Assembly: GCF_006345805.1 (NCBI RefSeq)
Contig: NC_043000.1
Span: 86,614,001 to 86,678,000 of the forward strand
DNA length: 64,000 nucleotides
Direction of reading: 5' to 3'
Source of the DNA: Octopus sinensis
Taxonomy: Eukaryota
The notes beneath the pieces were generated by a model, which saw nothing but the letters and a program-made list of their open reading frames with translations, was not told the DNA's origin and made no database searches. Of this stretch, positions 41,133 to 53,357 are shown piece by piece. Every line of letters starts with the position of its first letter. Position 1 is the first letter of the stretch. The position numbers and the translations under genes were made by a program.

Positions 41133-41949
41133 GTATGTTTCTCCTTTGAATTTATTAATAATAAATTGGTTTTACTAAATAACTATGTACATTAGATCTA
41201 CATAACTATGTACATTAGATGTACTATGTAATTGATGCTGCCTTGTTTTGCATTAAGTGGAGGATGATTAAAATTCACCAAATATGTGTATGGCTTCAAA
41301 CTGGAGATTTCTTTTGATTCTAGCTTTCTTTATTTTCCTGTGATGTTTAAAGACACCTGCATAATTATAATTTTAAAATTCAGTACATGAGTAAACATAG
41401 ATGAAATAAAAGAAAAGCCCAACACTTTGTCTCTACTAACAGAGCTTAGTAATTATCCTAAATTAGTTTCAGAACTAATTTAAGATTATAACTGACAGGC
41501 AATTTCATAGCTTAAATGTCTGAATTGAAATCTTATGAAAAGTCGTTTTTTTTCCCTATCATTACTATAATGGCCTCTGTTTCTTGGCTCTTTATCTCCT
41601 ACCTCAAACATTAAGGTTCCCCACCTCCCAACCACTTGTCTTCCCATCTTTTATCACCTTTTACTTCTTGACCCAGTGCTAACTGCTGTATCCAGTCCTT
41701 TGTCTCCTGAATATGGGCCTTCTGGAATCTGCTCTCTTCTCATGTCTTTTTGCAGATGTTGGCCTACAACAGTCTAAATAGAACATTATGCCACTGAATT
41801 CACTAATCTCAGAGAACCTGCAAAGGTTGTGGGCAATGCCCTTTTCTTCATACTCAGCAAATAAAAAAAAAAAAGGAAAATCTTAATGGCGCTGTAGTTT
41901 GGAAATTCAGTTATAAAATTTTTTTATGATTTACCAACTCCACAGTAGG

Positions 41950-43300
41950 GTCTTCAGGCTTATTTTGGTTGCATTGCTGTGCTGACTTTTGAAATTCTTC
42001 AATAGATACTTTTACTACAAGACTCAGCTAATTTCTCCAAATCTTCCAAATTGGCAATTTGCATTCTCCATTGAATACTGCTGGTACTATTTTTCATACA
42101 ATTCCAAGAAGTCATTGCCTGCTTCTGGCCATAGCTTCTTTCAAAATATATTCATGCAGTTCTCACTTGCTTCATCCCAAGGTATTTTGACATGATCTAT
42201 GACCTTTATAGATATTTCATTTTTTCCTCAAGTCCTTGATTGACATTCAACTTGGCTGCCTGTTTCTACAACAAATTGTTTGAAAGTGCAGCAAAGGTGG
42301 AAGTAAGCCTTGATATTAGAAATTACATCCTGATTTATGAGTTGGAGGTACAAAGTAGTATTTGATGGTAGGTACTTTGACAGAAATGTAGATCTGAAGG
42401 ATGTCAATAATAACCTATTATCAATTGCTAACAATACTTTAGTTTCAAGGTTGTGCTATTTACAATATCTTTACACCACTGGACAAAAGTATGAAAGTAA
42501 CTACTGTGTGAAAATTCCTATTGCCACCCTATCCTTCTTGCTCCGAATCACAAATAGATGTTATCTAAATTGGTGAACCATTTTCTGAATGATTAGTAGC
42601 TATTGGTTTCAGTATGAAAGCCTTTTGAAGCACTACTGCCATGTAGAGGTGTTAGTCTTTTCAAGCCTTTCAATCAGAACCTTTTTTTTCCCTCAGATGA
42701 AAGTGTAGGATGACATTTTTCACCAGAAAAGAACTTTCATCTGTTGAATACAAAATGGTGAGGGAGGGTAGTTGTCATATTTGGTGATACTCTAAAGAAC
42801 CTAGGGAAATCCTTTGGCTGCCTAGAAATCCTCTTGCAGCTTTACAAGACATACAGATGCTTTGTAAGTTCTGGTGCTTTAAATTTCTGAATCCAAACAC
42901 TGCAAACTGTGAATGATTCTGAATTATCTCTTCTTTGTAAATGCCTATAGATGCTCCTTGTTTTATCCATTATGATAAGTTGGCTTATTAGCATGTTGCA
43001 TTGTGTTACATTACCCACTCATTTAGTGAGTATATCTTTACACATTTTGTTTTTATACAAAAATTTATGTTAATTTGTTCATCACGGCAGAAGTCTTTAA
43101 TTTGTCTGCAATTTTCAAGGGTTGTAATTGTTATGACCAATATTAAAGTCTTACCTGCATATATCCAATATTTACCAGCTTCCAATCACCTCAACACTTG
43201 CAATTTTGCATTCAGTGTCATGGTTTGCCTTATAACCATAGATGAACTTTTAGCACTTGCAGTTCTAAGATAAATTCCACTCATGATGGCTAACAAATTC
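41950..43300 (-). mobile_element. Old pogo/Tigger transposase relic
   Basis: Ordered decayed motifs on the minus strand: RQTMTLNAKLQVLR (HTH), VFN.DE..LFW, LKPI..HSEN, LAIDN, YLPSNTTLYLQLINQDVISNIKAY, KKLWPE. Confidence 0.8.
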
Positions 43301-44202
43301 TGTGAAAAATTTGGTTGTGTGTAAAAGTATGCATAAATGTGAATTATAATTTTTTACATGTTTACATAAAATTATTATCATAACAGTATTGTGCTTTTCT
43401 ACTGAAAATAGCATCTCGAAGAAAAATTCACTATAGTGAATCATTGCTAAACAGAGGGTATAATATTGCTAAAATCATACCCTTAACTTTTTGTTACCGT
43501 ATTTCTGACAAACTACACTACTTGTATTTCAATTAATTTTGAAAAATAATTGAGTAAAATAACTTTGTCATTATTAAGTTGATGTTTGGAATATAAATTA
43601 ACATGAAATTTTAATGGAGAGTTTTAATTTAGATCACTTTAAATAGGATGTTTGTACCAATGAACCAAGGGTGTTGTCAGGCAGTTTGGTATCAAAGAAT
43701 TAAGACTTCACTCCCCCTTCAGGACCAGGAAATATTTCAACACTTATCAGTTACTGATAAGTTTCTTTAAAGCTCAAGTATGACCCACATTGCTGCACTA
43801 CTTACATGTTTGCTGTAGCTACATGCAAACCTTCTAGGCTGTTTAAGAAGAAACAATGTAGCTGATGACAAACATTTGCTTGCCAACCTTCTACAATCAC
43901 TAGTGCACAGATATGTTGTTTCTGCTGCCTCTCCTTCTGCTAAAATGCCTTATTTCTTGCTCCCAAAACCTGCAGTAAATTGTTTCTCAATCTTCCATAC
44001 CTAAAATTGTAACTCTCCACAAGTTTATGTCTGCCTTTTTAGAAATCAACCTTCAAAAGATCAAACTGAATCTTGATCCCTTCAGTTTCGGTTGCCCTCT
44101 GAATTTTTTGAGTGGCTAGACATCTTGTTCCAATGAACTATTAAATTCATATGGCCATGTTCTTTACTTTTATATAATAGCTCAAATGCAAAAATTAATA
44201 CC

Positions 44203-44565
44203 CAGGCATGGCTGTATGGTAAGAAGTTTGCTTCCCAATGGAACCTTATAATTCCAGGTTCAGTTCCACTGCATGGCACCTTGGCAAGTGTCTTGAGCCA
44301 ACCAAATCCGTGTGACTCAATTTAGTAGATGGAAACCGAAAGACGCTGCATGAGTTTTTGTGTCTGTGTCTGTCTCCCACCACCGCTTAAAAACTGGTGC
44401 AGGTTTGTTTACATCCCTGTAACTTAGCAGTTCGACAAAAAGACCAATAGAATAAGAACCAGGCTTTAAAAAAATAAATACTGGGGTCATTTCATTCAAC
44501 TAAAAATTCAAGGCAGTGCTCCAGTATGGCTGCTGTCTGATGACTGAGACAAGAGATGGAAAGAC
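44203..44565 (+). mobile_element. tRNA-headed SINE, (AAAGAGT)-tail type
   Basis: Homologous to the reverse complement of 1597-2022. Further copies lie at about 61793-62104(-), 62886-63272(+) and 54560-54800(-). Confidence 0.85.
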
Positions 44566-47245
44566 GAGACCCATATTTGTTTTTGAAAATCAATATTTTC
44601 TCAAGGAGTGCAGCTCACATGTTATGTCTAGCATACTGCAGTTGCCACAGGCATGCCATTTGTTCCATTCCTCTAACAAGATATATACCTCCTTTGACCA
44701 TGCACACCCAATACATTTACATTTCTTGTCACAAGTCAGTAAGAGAGCTTCTTTATGGTTGCTTAACCCATTAGAAATAGCAACCAAATCTCCCTCAAAT
44801 TGCATTTTACTGTCTTAATAACATGACAGGCAAAATAGAAATACAAAAAGAAATTAGTCAGCTTGGTCAGGTCAGATTTAGTGGTTAAACATCTCGTCAT
44901 CCATATTCTAATTCCCCAAGTGCCAATCTTTCCTTTTACTGAACTCAAGAATTATTTACTATGTTTTACTTTCAGCCATCAACCTTCAAAGGTTGAAGCT
45001 CATCAGTCTTGGAGGGCCTTTAGACTATGAACACCTCCTCTATTCCTTTCATTTAATATTAAGCCAGTAGCATTCTGATTGCTCTGTCAAATTTAATGCT
45101 TATTCATTCACATTGTTTTAAATTCATCATGCATTACCTTGTAGCTTGGAAATTTCAATGTGATTGATATTTTTAGGATGACTTTGTAGGATAGGTGTGA
45201 GAGGCTGGATATGGCCATTTTGAACATAAAACAGGTAAAATATTTGGGCCAGATATGACCAGTTTAAGTACTAAAGGGTTAATTCTAATTCTTCTTCATG
45301 GGTGCAAACATCGCTATATGGTTAAGAAATCTGATTTGCAATCACGTGGTTTAGAGTTCAGTCTCATTGAGCTGTGCCTTGTGAAACTTTTTACCACAGT
45401 TCTAAGTTTCCTCTGTTGGGTCAACAAGATCTGTGGAAGCCCATCAAATGGGCTGCATCTGTTCATAAGTGATATACCTTAATCTGTTACCCAGTTTAAC
45501 ACCACAATCTGGTTCTTGGATGTCTTTTGTGAAGGCCCTATATAAAAAGGTAATGAGCATTGCTCTCCCTCTTCTAAGCCATAGAAAACATTATTTGTGA
45601 AGTTAACTTTTTAGTAAAGTCACTGTTAACGCTTGTAGTCCTGTAATGAAAGATTTCAATGAAATGTTGCTTGTGTAGAACAAAAGTCATAAAAATATAA
45701 TTATTGCATAAATTTGGATGAAATGGCAATTGAGGTAAATTGTGAACATGGTTTTTATCTGTTGTCATATCACTGTCACCTGCCAAAGTAACTTAAATAC
45801 AGTTAAGTTGAATACATGTAGATGATCTCGCATACTTTCTACCAGATATTTCTGGGGAGCTGATTTCTCATTTTAGAACTGAATTTATGCTGCAGGTAGT
45901 CTCTGTAACTTGAAAGCTGCACAACTCACATAAGTAAAAGGATTCCAAAATATACCTTCATCTCCTCCATTCAGAACTTTTGAAAGGCTCCACAAATTAG
46001 TGCTATTTTCTCTTGTTCCAATAACTACACACTCCTCAAAACCCACAAGTATGTGGAGACCTACATTTAAAATGTATCAGTAAATTAATGGTTTTTAATT
46101 CTTACCATTTCCAAGAGCATTGATGCAATCAACTATATGACTACTCTAATCCTGTTCAGAATCAATTAATTCCGTTTCTTAGATCACTGGTGCTTATAGA
46201 TACACTGAAATGTCACTAATTATTTTATCCCAGCTCAAGCACTTTTCACTAATAATAAATCTTTAATAAATAGCATTGAATTCTAACTCCCTTCTTGAGA
46301 TATTAACTGCCATTATGCTTTAGAATCAAAAGAAGGAAAAGTTCAAAGAAATTCACTCAATAAAATGCAAAAAAATAAATACATATAGTGCAAACAGGAA
46401 GTCTTTTGACAGAAAGTTCTTTCTAGAATGAGATTAAACTTTGTTTCTTGCAAAAGAGCTGAGTCACAGTTTTCAATCTCAAACAATATTACTTCAATTT
46501 CAGTTTGGGATTTCAAGAGTTGCTTTTGGGAATGTCTTCATTTTTGTTTTTTCTATTTTTTAAGGAAGGTATGCCTATTTAATCTAATTTCCATGTGCAT
46601 TTTCTGAACTGATCAACTTCTCTCTATTAGATCAGTTCCTTTTTTTAAACAAATTATGAAAACATATTTACAGTAGAAAAATGTTAAAATAGCAGCAAAA
46701 TCATGATTCTTCACAGGTATTTGTCTATCATTTTCATACCTCTATTGATAGGAATATAATTTGATTCAAACACCTATTATAATTAATCATTATACTAATA
46801 TTCTCAGGTGGTTAACTGGTATTGTTAGCATGTCAAAATGTATAGCAGCATTTTATCCATCTTTTAGTACATATTCCACTGAGGTTTACTTTGCCTTTCA
46901 TCCTTTTGAGGTGGATAAATTATGTACCACTCAAGCACAGGGATCAATGTAATCAGATAACTTCCCCCTCCCAAAAACTTTCAGGCCTTGTGCCTCTAGG
47001 AGATAAAGGATTATACTCAATATTCTACTGCCCATGGTATCTTTCTTCCATTAGTATCATGTCTTGGTGAAAATATTTACCTTTATTTTTACAGTACTTG
47101 CTATATTTTTCTGAATATAGCTAACAGTGAATTTTTCCACTCTTCTACATTCAAGTTTATTGAAAAGTAATAAAATCTTGCTTTCAGTCAATTGATTGTA
47201 ATTTGGAGCTTTTATGCTGCCAAGGTTTTGAATCAAATGATACAC

Positions 47246-47437
47246 TTATATGGCTTCTAACTCAAATTCATATATCCTGTTCTCAAAAATGCCATCTTCC
47301 ATCAGTTCTTTATTTTGTGGTCCAATAAAAATACCACCATTTAATTTTGGTTCAGTTACATCTAAGAACTTATAGTAACAGTCTTTCAATGCTCTTTTAT
47401 CATTATGAAGAGCTTTTAGGAAAATATTATGCATCAT
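47246..47437 (-). mobile_element. DNA transposase fragment, Chapaev3/CMC-like
   Basis: FLKALHND...KFLDVTEPKLNGGIFIGPQNKELMED resembles the NFVKA...KF..LSEAK.KEGIFVGPQIR.LM.D segment I recall from Chapaev3-type transposases. Confidence 0.6.
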
Positions 47438-47610
47438 AAATTTATATACAATAGTTATAGGTTATATACAATAGTTGTAGGTGCAAACATCGTTGCTTCG
47501 CAACCACAGGTTCAGTCCCACTGTGTAGCACACTGGGCAAGTGTCTAGTATAGCTCTGAACTGACCAAGGCCTTGCAAATGAATTTGGTACATGGTAACT
47601 GAAAGAAACC

Positions 47611-47650
<40 letters not shown>

Positions 47651-48329
47651 CTTTGTCCCTGTGTCTTATCACATGATAGTTGTAAACAAGTGTCACTATC
47701 ATGTCTGGTATTGGGAAATATTATCTTGCTTGGAAATGGGTGAGGGTTGCTATAAAAAAATGTTCTATGTCCACTCAGTTATCTCAGTCACTAGAAATAA
47801 GTATTTTATACAACAATCTCAAAGACATGTTACTACTTGCATATCAGCATAAATAGTCCAATCTACTCATACTTATTTACTATTTGAAGCAAGAGTTTCA
47901 TATTTTGAGGGCAGACAAGTGATCTACTTTTAAATAAGATTGATGATAAATTAATTCTTCAAATATAAGCATGAAATCAAATGATTTCTAATCATCTGAT
48001 TTATATATCCCAATTTATTCAATTAAATTTTTTTTTATTACTCAAGATAAACGACAATTTTTTTCTAAAGCATTTTGCAAAGGCATTCTTTAACATTCCT
48101 ATGCATATAATTTTTCTTTAATTTGTAAATAATTTCTCCGGTTTACCTTAACCCTAAAGACATGACAATAGAAATATTTTGTTAAAAAAAACAAAATTAT
48201 ATTATTTAGACATGTAACATTTCAAATAATAATAGATATACTATGATAATTTAACATCAAGAAGTAACACATTGTTTCAATTGGAACAATAATGGTATTT
48301 CATAGAATATCTCTCATATTTAGCCTGAA

Positions 48330-49229
48330 CAAGGTGTCTGAGCTAAATTTGACAGTTTACATAAAAGCAAAGAAAGCTCAATAGCCCATCCAAAAATAAA
48401 TGTTCTTTATAAAAATCAAAAATATATCAACTAGGTTATGGTTGAGAGATAACGTTTCACTCAAAGTTGCCATCTCCAGCTGCTTCTACTACCTCAAGAT
48501 GGCTATGGAACCTGATGCCTGCATTCCTCACTGTATCCGTGGGAAGATCTTCAAACACCTCCCTGATCTTGGCCACAGCTTGGCCATGGTGTTGCAGGCA
48601 GAGTGGTTGGTATCTTCCTCAACCATGACCCATACACAGTAATCCATGGGAGAATTAGGAGGCCAGAAATTGGGGCTGGTGAAGTCTCAGAAATTCTTTG
48701 ACAACCACTTCTGACTCTTTCCAGAGGTATGGCTAAAAGCCAAATTCTGCTGCCACACACATAGCCTTCCAGCTGCAACCCTCTCCAGCCAGAAATTGAC
48801 CAGTCTCCAGGTGTTTCACATAGCCATCTAAATTGAGCCTAAGGCCCTATTCAAAGATGTGGGAATGAATTCTGGTTTGTAAACACTGACAGAATACCTT
48901 CTGTGTCCCTTCTTGCTGGCCATAGCTTCCAAGTTACTATTGCAGCTGTCCATATCATATCATATCATGTATTACAGCCTTTACTGTGTTCACAAAGCAT
49001 TGGGTAGCAATCATGATGTTGGCATTTTTGGTACCCAATGTGAATCATCATAATACAGGTAACTCTTTTTCAGTATTCAGGTGGCTTCCAGTCCTCTATG
49101 TCAGCTAACTTTTTCTCAACTACAACTTTAATCTTTATGCTCTCCAATGCCATTGCCTATTTACCAATACATCAAACTTTTCCTGAAAAACAGGAGGCAT
49201 AAAATTGTCAAGTTTAGCCAAACACCCTA
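48330..49229 (-). mobile_element. Second maT-type (DD37D-like) element, internally deleted
   Basis: TIRs caaggtgtctgagctaaatttgacag and ttgtcaagtttagccaaacacccta; minus strand GLRLN..GYVK, VWQQN...HTSGKSQKWLSKNF, NFWPPNSP, MDYCVW, GDGNFE*; homologous to 8708-9580. Confidence 0.85.
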
Positions 49230-50399
49230 CTTATGTGTGTGTAAAGAGAGAGAGAGAGAGATTCTGTAATGATTTCTTAGCTATAACAGACTGAAATGGC
49301 TTGTCAGTAAGAACTTCTCAACAATTTATTTTCCTTTATTTGAAAATATCTCAAAATTTTATAAGACTATTAAAGAACCTAAGTAAGGTTAACATCACCT
49401 TATATATTTTAACTCCTCACCTGCATTGCTCAAAGGTTTTACCAACTTTTATCTCCTATTTAAGCAAATAACAGTACTCTCTTTATATACATAAAAAAAC
49501 CCAACTGATTATGTATTTCTTCCTCCACTTGTAGAGAGGTTATATGCCTTCAGTCATTTGATTCTGATGTGTCACCTATACTGCTAAGCACTTTATAAGT
49601 ATGAAACTCTATTACCAGCCATATCTTTTACTTTCTTAAAAAAATACATTACTGCTCTAATGCTTTAGAGTGTCCTTTTTCGGATATAGGAACTACTGTC
49701 AATATATATATATATATATATATATATCCCCATAGTAACAAAACCAATTCATCCAGAAACCCCATTCACTACCACACAAATCAATAGCATATCACTTAAA
49801 ATATATGTCCTCAAGGACTGGTTTTTTTTTAAAAAGTCAACCAAGGACAAAGATTTGCACCCAAATCACAACTTTCAACATTAATAAAACATAATCAATA
49901 CAAAACAAAAGCATATAATAACAATGTAAACAATGCAATATAATAAATAACAAGAATTCTAAAATATAAATAGATGTGTATAAAATTCATATCTCATTTC
50001 AAAGGTTTCTTTTTTACAAAGATGTTATTACTGCTAAATAACATCAGTGATATGTAGAATGAAAGAACAATTAAATTTTTGATTTGCATTTATAAATAAA
50101 TGTAAAAATGATTATAAATCAACAATTGAAAAATCACATTGCTCACCTGAGTTTAATAGGCTATTCAGCCAAAGTGAAGGGCAACATGAAACTAGGATTA
50201 GGTGGAAATTTTTGAGGAGGAAAAGTCATCTCTTTTAAGTATCTTTGGCGAATGTCTCATCAGGGTCTGTTACTTAAGAAAAAACAATAGAAGCAGAAAG
50301 GTTTTAAGTCACTTTTTAAAGAATGCATGCAGGATGGATTTCTATAAGCTATTCCAAAAATATTGCAACAGTTTCTAAGAAAAATAGTTGATACTTAGC

Positions 50400-51800
50400 T
50401 CAATATCCTCTAAGAAAAAGTGATAGGGTCTTGTAAGGTCTTTCAGCTCACTCTAGATTTAAAAAAATAATAAATCCATTTTGGCTGTTCTCTTGAGAGA
50501 ACTCCTTTTGGATGATTTTGGCCCTCCTCCTTAATGTCAGTCATTGTTATCCAGCTTCTTTGTGATCAGGCTTCCTCAGGTCGTTGATGAAAAGTTCTCT
50601 TTTGTGTTTCTTAAGCAAGCTATTCATATCCCCTTCATTCATCTCCAGGCCCATAGGTTTATTCACATAGAATTTTTTCAACGACAAACTGTATCAGATG
50701 TTTCAAAGCCCTTTAAAGAAACTGCGTCAGGTCACAGTGCTTTTTAAGAAGTGTTTAGATACTTAGAGGTAAGCCCTCCTCATGATTTCACCATGAAATG
50801 AACCTCATTTGCATTGATAAGGTGGTTCTTCTAAAACCCTATTAATGGTTAATGTCCCATTACTAGAAGTTGCTTCAAAACAGGTCCTGAATAGATGGTT
50901 TGTGTACACTTTTAAAATTTGCTCTCAGTTGCTAATCCATGAGCTGTAGCATAGGAGTGACATTGGGAGCAAGAATTGAATTTTGATTGAATCAAACACC
51001 TGTGGCATTACTCCAGAATTCCCACTCTTGATTAGGAAGGGGTATGCTGGAGCACTATCAATAACAAGAAGAGCCTTCATTGTAAGACATCAGTGAAACA
51101 CAGTGGATAAGTTCCTGGTAATAAAAGTCTGAGATGGAAAGCCATTGGGCACTAAACCTATTCTTGTTTTGCCTTCAGATTGCCTGAAGTTTCACCCTAT
51201 CCTTCATGTACCGAGAATTTGATTTCTTCTTGTGGGGTATAGGTCCTCTTAGGTATTAGAAAAAGGAAAATCCAGTCTCATTGCAGTTAAAATAATTGTT
51301 GAGAAGAAAAATTACACTTAGAAGCTCACAAAATTTGGTACAGTAACACAAACATTTTTCTAAAAGATTCAGACCCACCTTTGCTGGTTTTAAATTCTAC
51401 TTGCTTTACATTGCTCTCAACACTAGTAATAGAAGCATCACTCTGAAACTGTTCATGAAGAGACTTCTCTTTTTCACAACAAAATGTTTCTCTTACTGTA
51501 TGACCAGCAAATTGTTTCTCTTTGAAAGATTATTTTTTTTCCATCTCTTCAGTATTTGAGGTATGAATATTATGAAATCTGCATATACTTTTAACCACTG
51601 ATGCACTGTATAGTTCATCCTTTCTTTTAAAAATGGTATAGATTGTAGATTCAGCCAATCCATATTCCACGCTTAACTCAGTACTACTTTCTCTCTTAGA
51701 AATCCTTTTCTTTATTTCCACAGTAATTTTCTTTTGTACAGGTTTTGCTTCAGTAAGGTAAATATTTCTATTAAAAAAAGTTAAACACAATATTGATTTC
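50400..51800 (-). mobile_element. pogo/Tigger transposase relic
   Basis: KKITVEIKK...LSVEYGLAESTIYTIFKRKDEL, EEMEK, FNCNETG...PKRTY, KALLVIDSAPAYP, LAPNVTP...MD.Q in the expected order, with many disruptions. Confidence 0.82.
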
Positions 51801-52001
51801 TATATAAAAAAAAACTTTTATCCTCAAGCAAATTCCATTGAAATGATATAACAATGCTGAATGATGATACAAACTCAAGGAAAGACATGTGGTAGGCTCA
51901 GAAATTAGTTTCTTTCCTTGTGCAGAGATTGTGCATTTTCTTTTGCATTTGTCAAATTGTGTATGTGGGCCCAAGTGACCTTTCATTACCGTAATATTCA
52001 T

Positions 52002-52408
52002 TCATCATCATCATCATCGTTTAACGTCCATTTTCCGTGCTAGCATGGGTTGGACAGTTCAACTGGGGTCTGGGAAGCCAGAAGGCTGCACCAGGCCCAG
52101 TCTGATCTGGCAGTGTTTCTACAGCTGGATGCCCTTCCTAACGCCAACCACTCTGTGAGTGTAGTGGGTGCTTTGTACGTGCCACCTGCACAGGTGCCAG
52201 ACGAGGCCAGCAAACGGCCACGATCGGATGGTGCTTTTTACGTGCCACCGGCACCGGGGGCCAGGCAAGGCTGGCAATGGCCACAATCGGATGGTGCTTT
52301 TTACATGCCACCGGCACGGAGGCCAGTCGGGGCGGCGCTGGCAACGGCCACGTTCGGATGGTTCTCATACATGCCACCGGCACTGGTATCACAGCTACAA
52401 TTTCCATT
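52002..52408 (-). mobile_element. Young GC-rich RTE-LINE 3'-end element with internal tandem repeat and (GAT)n tail
   Basis: (CAT)n at 52002-52018, then the reverse complement of the LINE 3' UTR seen at 59940-60189; four ggtgcttt.tacgtgccaccggcac units start at 52167, 52230, 52293 and 52360; CpG-rich. Confidence 0.9.
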
Positions 52409-52419
52409 GAATTTGATTG

Positions 52420-52830
52420 TAATTTTAAAATGTATCATTGACACAATTTTATTAATTTCTAAATTAACTGAAAAAGCATTCTTTACTATGAATGTCAAAA
52501 GACTTTTCACTACTGTTCCATAAATGGAAATTATAAAGTTTTGTTTAATGTGTACACACATCATACAATAAAACCACCTGCTATACCAAGAAATCCGGAA
52601 CAAGGTGATATATGCACCAAAAAGGATGAAGTGGTTATAGGTTCCCCACTTGGACCTATGTTCGTGACATTCTACATGGCTAATGTGAAAAACAAAGTTG
52701 CTTTCAAACATAACCACGTTATCTATGATGAGCTTTAGTAGCAGACTAACATAATCCAAGATTGAAAACTGAGATTTTTTATTGGTATCTTTTGTATATG
52801 GGACAAACTTATTGATCCCTACCACTCAAT
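52420..52830 (+). mobile_element. Penelope-like reverse transcriptase fragment
   Basis: MNVKRLFTTVP (compare DV.SLFTNVP) followed by DEVVIGSPLGPMFVTFYMA (compare G.AMGSPLGP..AN.YM); frameshifted and internally deleted. Confidence 0.72.
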
Positions 52831-53154
52831 CAGGAATGTTATTGCTGCACTGTTTAATCAAAAAGTCACATGAGTTTCTATATTTATTAAAGAAAAACAG
52901 GTTGAAGTTAATTTTTTGTCACAGTCAGACTTTGAGACATTTTATGTATTAAATTTATTAATACTGTATTATTCTAGAAGATGAGAGGTTAAAGAAGAAG
53001 TGAAAGCAGAACAGGTTTTTTTGTTGTAGAGGAGCTGCACAAGTAACCAAGTAGCTCCTCTCTATCAAGAAACTTGTTCTGCTCTGGCCCTTTCCTTCAT
53101 GCATTTAACTTCTCACCTCCTAGCATAAAGCTACCTCTCTCAGAGTTTGTAATA

Positions 53155-53357
53155 TTGTAAGCTGCATGATGACCTCACTAGTGTTAGTGGCACAAAAAAA
53201 GCACCCAGTACATGCTGTAAATGTGGTTGGCATTAGAAAGGGCATCCAGCGAAGGAAATCATGCCAAAGTAGACAGTAGAGCATGATGATGTCCTTGGAC
53301 TGAAACAGTTCAAACCCATGCCAGCACAGAACATGGGCATTATAATAATGATGATGG
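53155..53357 (+). mobile_element. RTE-LINE 3'-end-derived repeat
   Basis: aaaagcacccagtac...gtggttggcattagaaagggcatccagc...aacccatgccagca...atgatgatg. Similar copies lie at about 36640-36830(+), 57001-57225(+) and 57310-57510(-). Confidence 0.8.

Noticed and set aside
43700-46100. Possible very old LINE remnants (also about 17700-18420, 23000-24330 and 31400-32330)
   Set aside because: Composition hints at decayed coding DNA, but I could not recover ordered motifs, so these are not called.
50240-50273. Hammerhead-ribozyme-like CTGATGA cores (here on -, also 63850-63885 on - and 32020-32050 on +)
   Set aside because: None has an intact stem II followed by GAAA plus stems I and III; a covariance-model search would be needed to rescue them.
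52167-52385. CRISPR-like repeat/spacer periodicity
   Set aside because: The 'spacers' are homologous to each other, the repeats are degenerate, there are no cas genes, and the array lies inside a eukaryotic retroelement.
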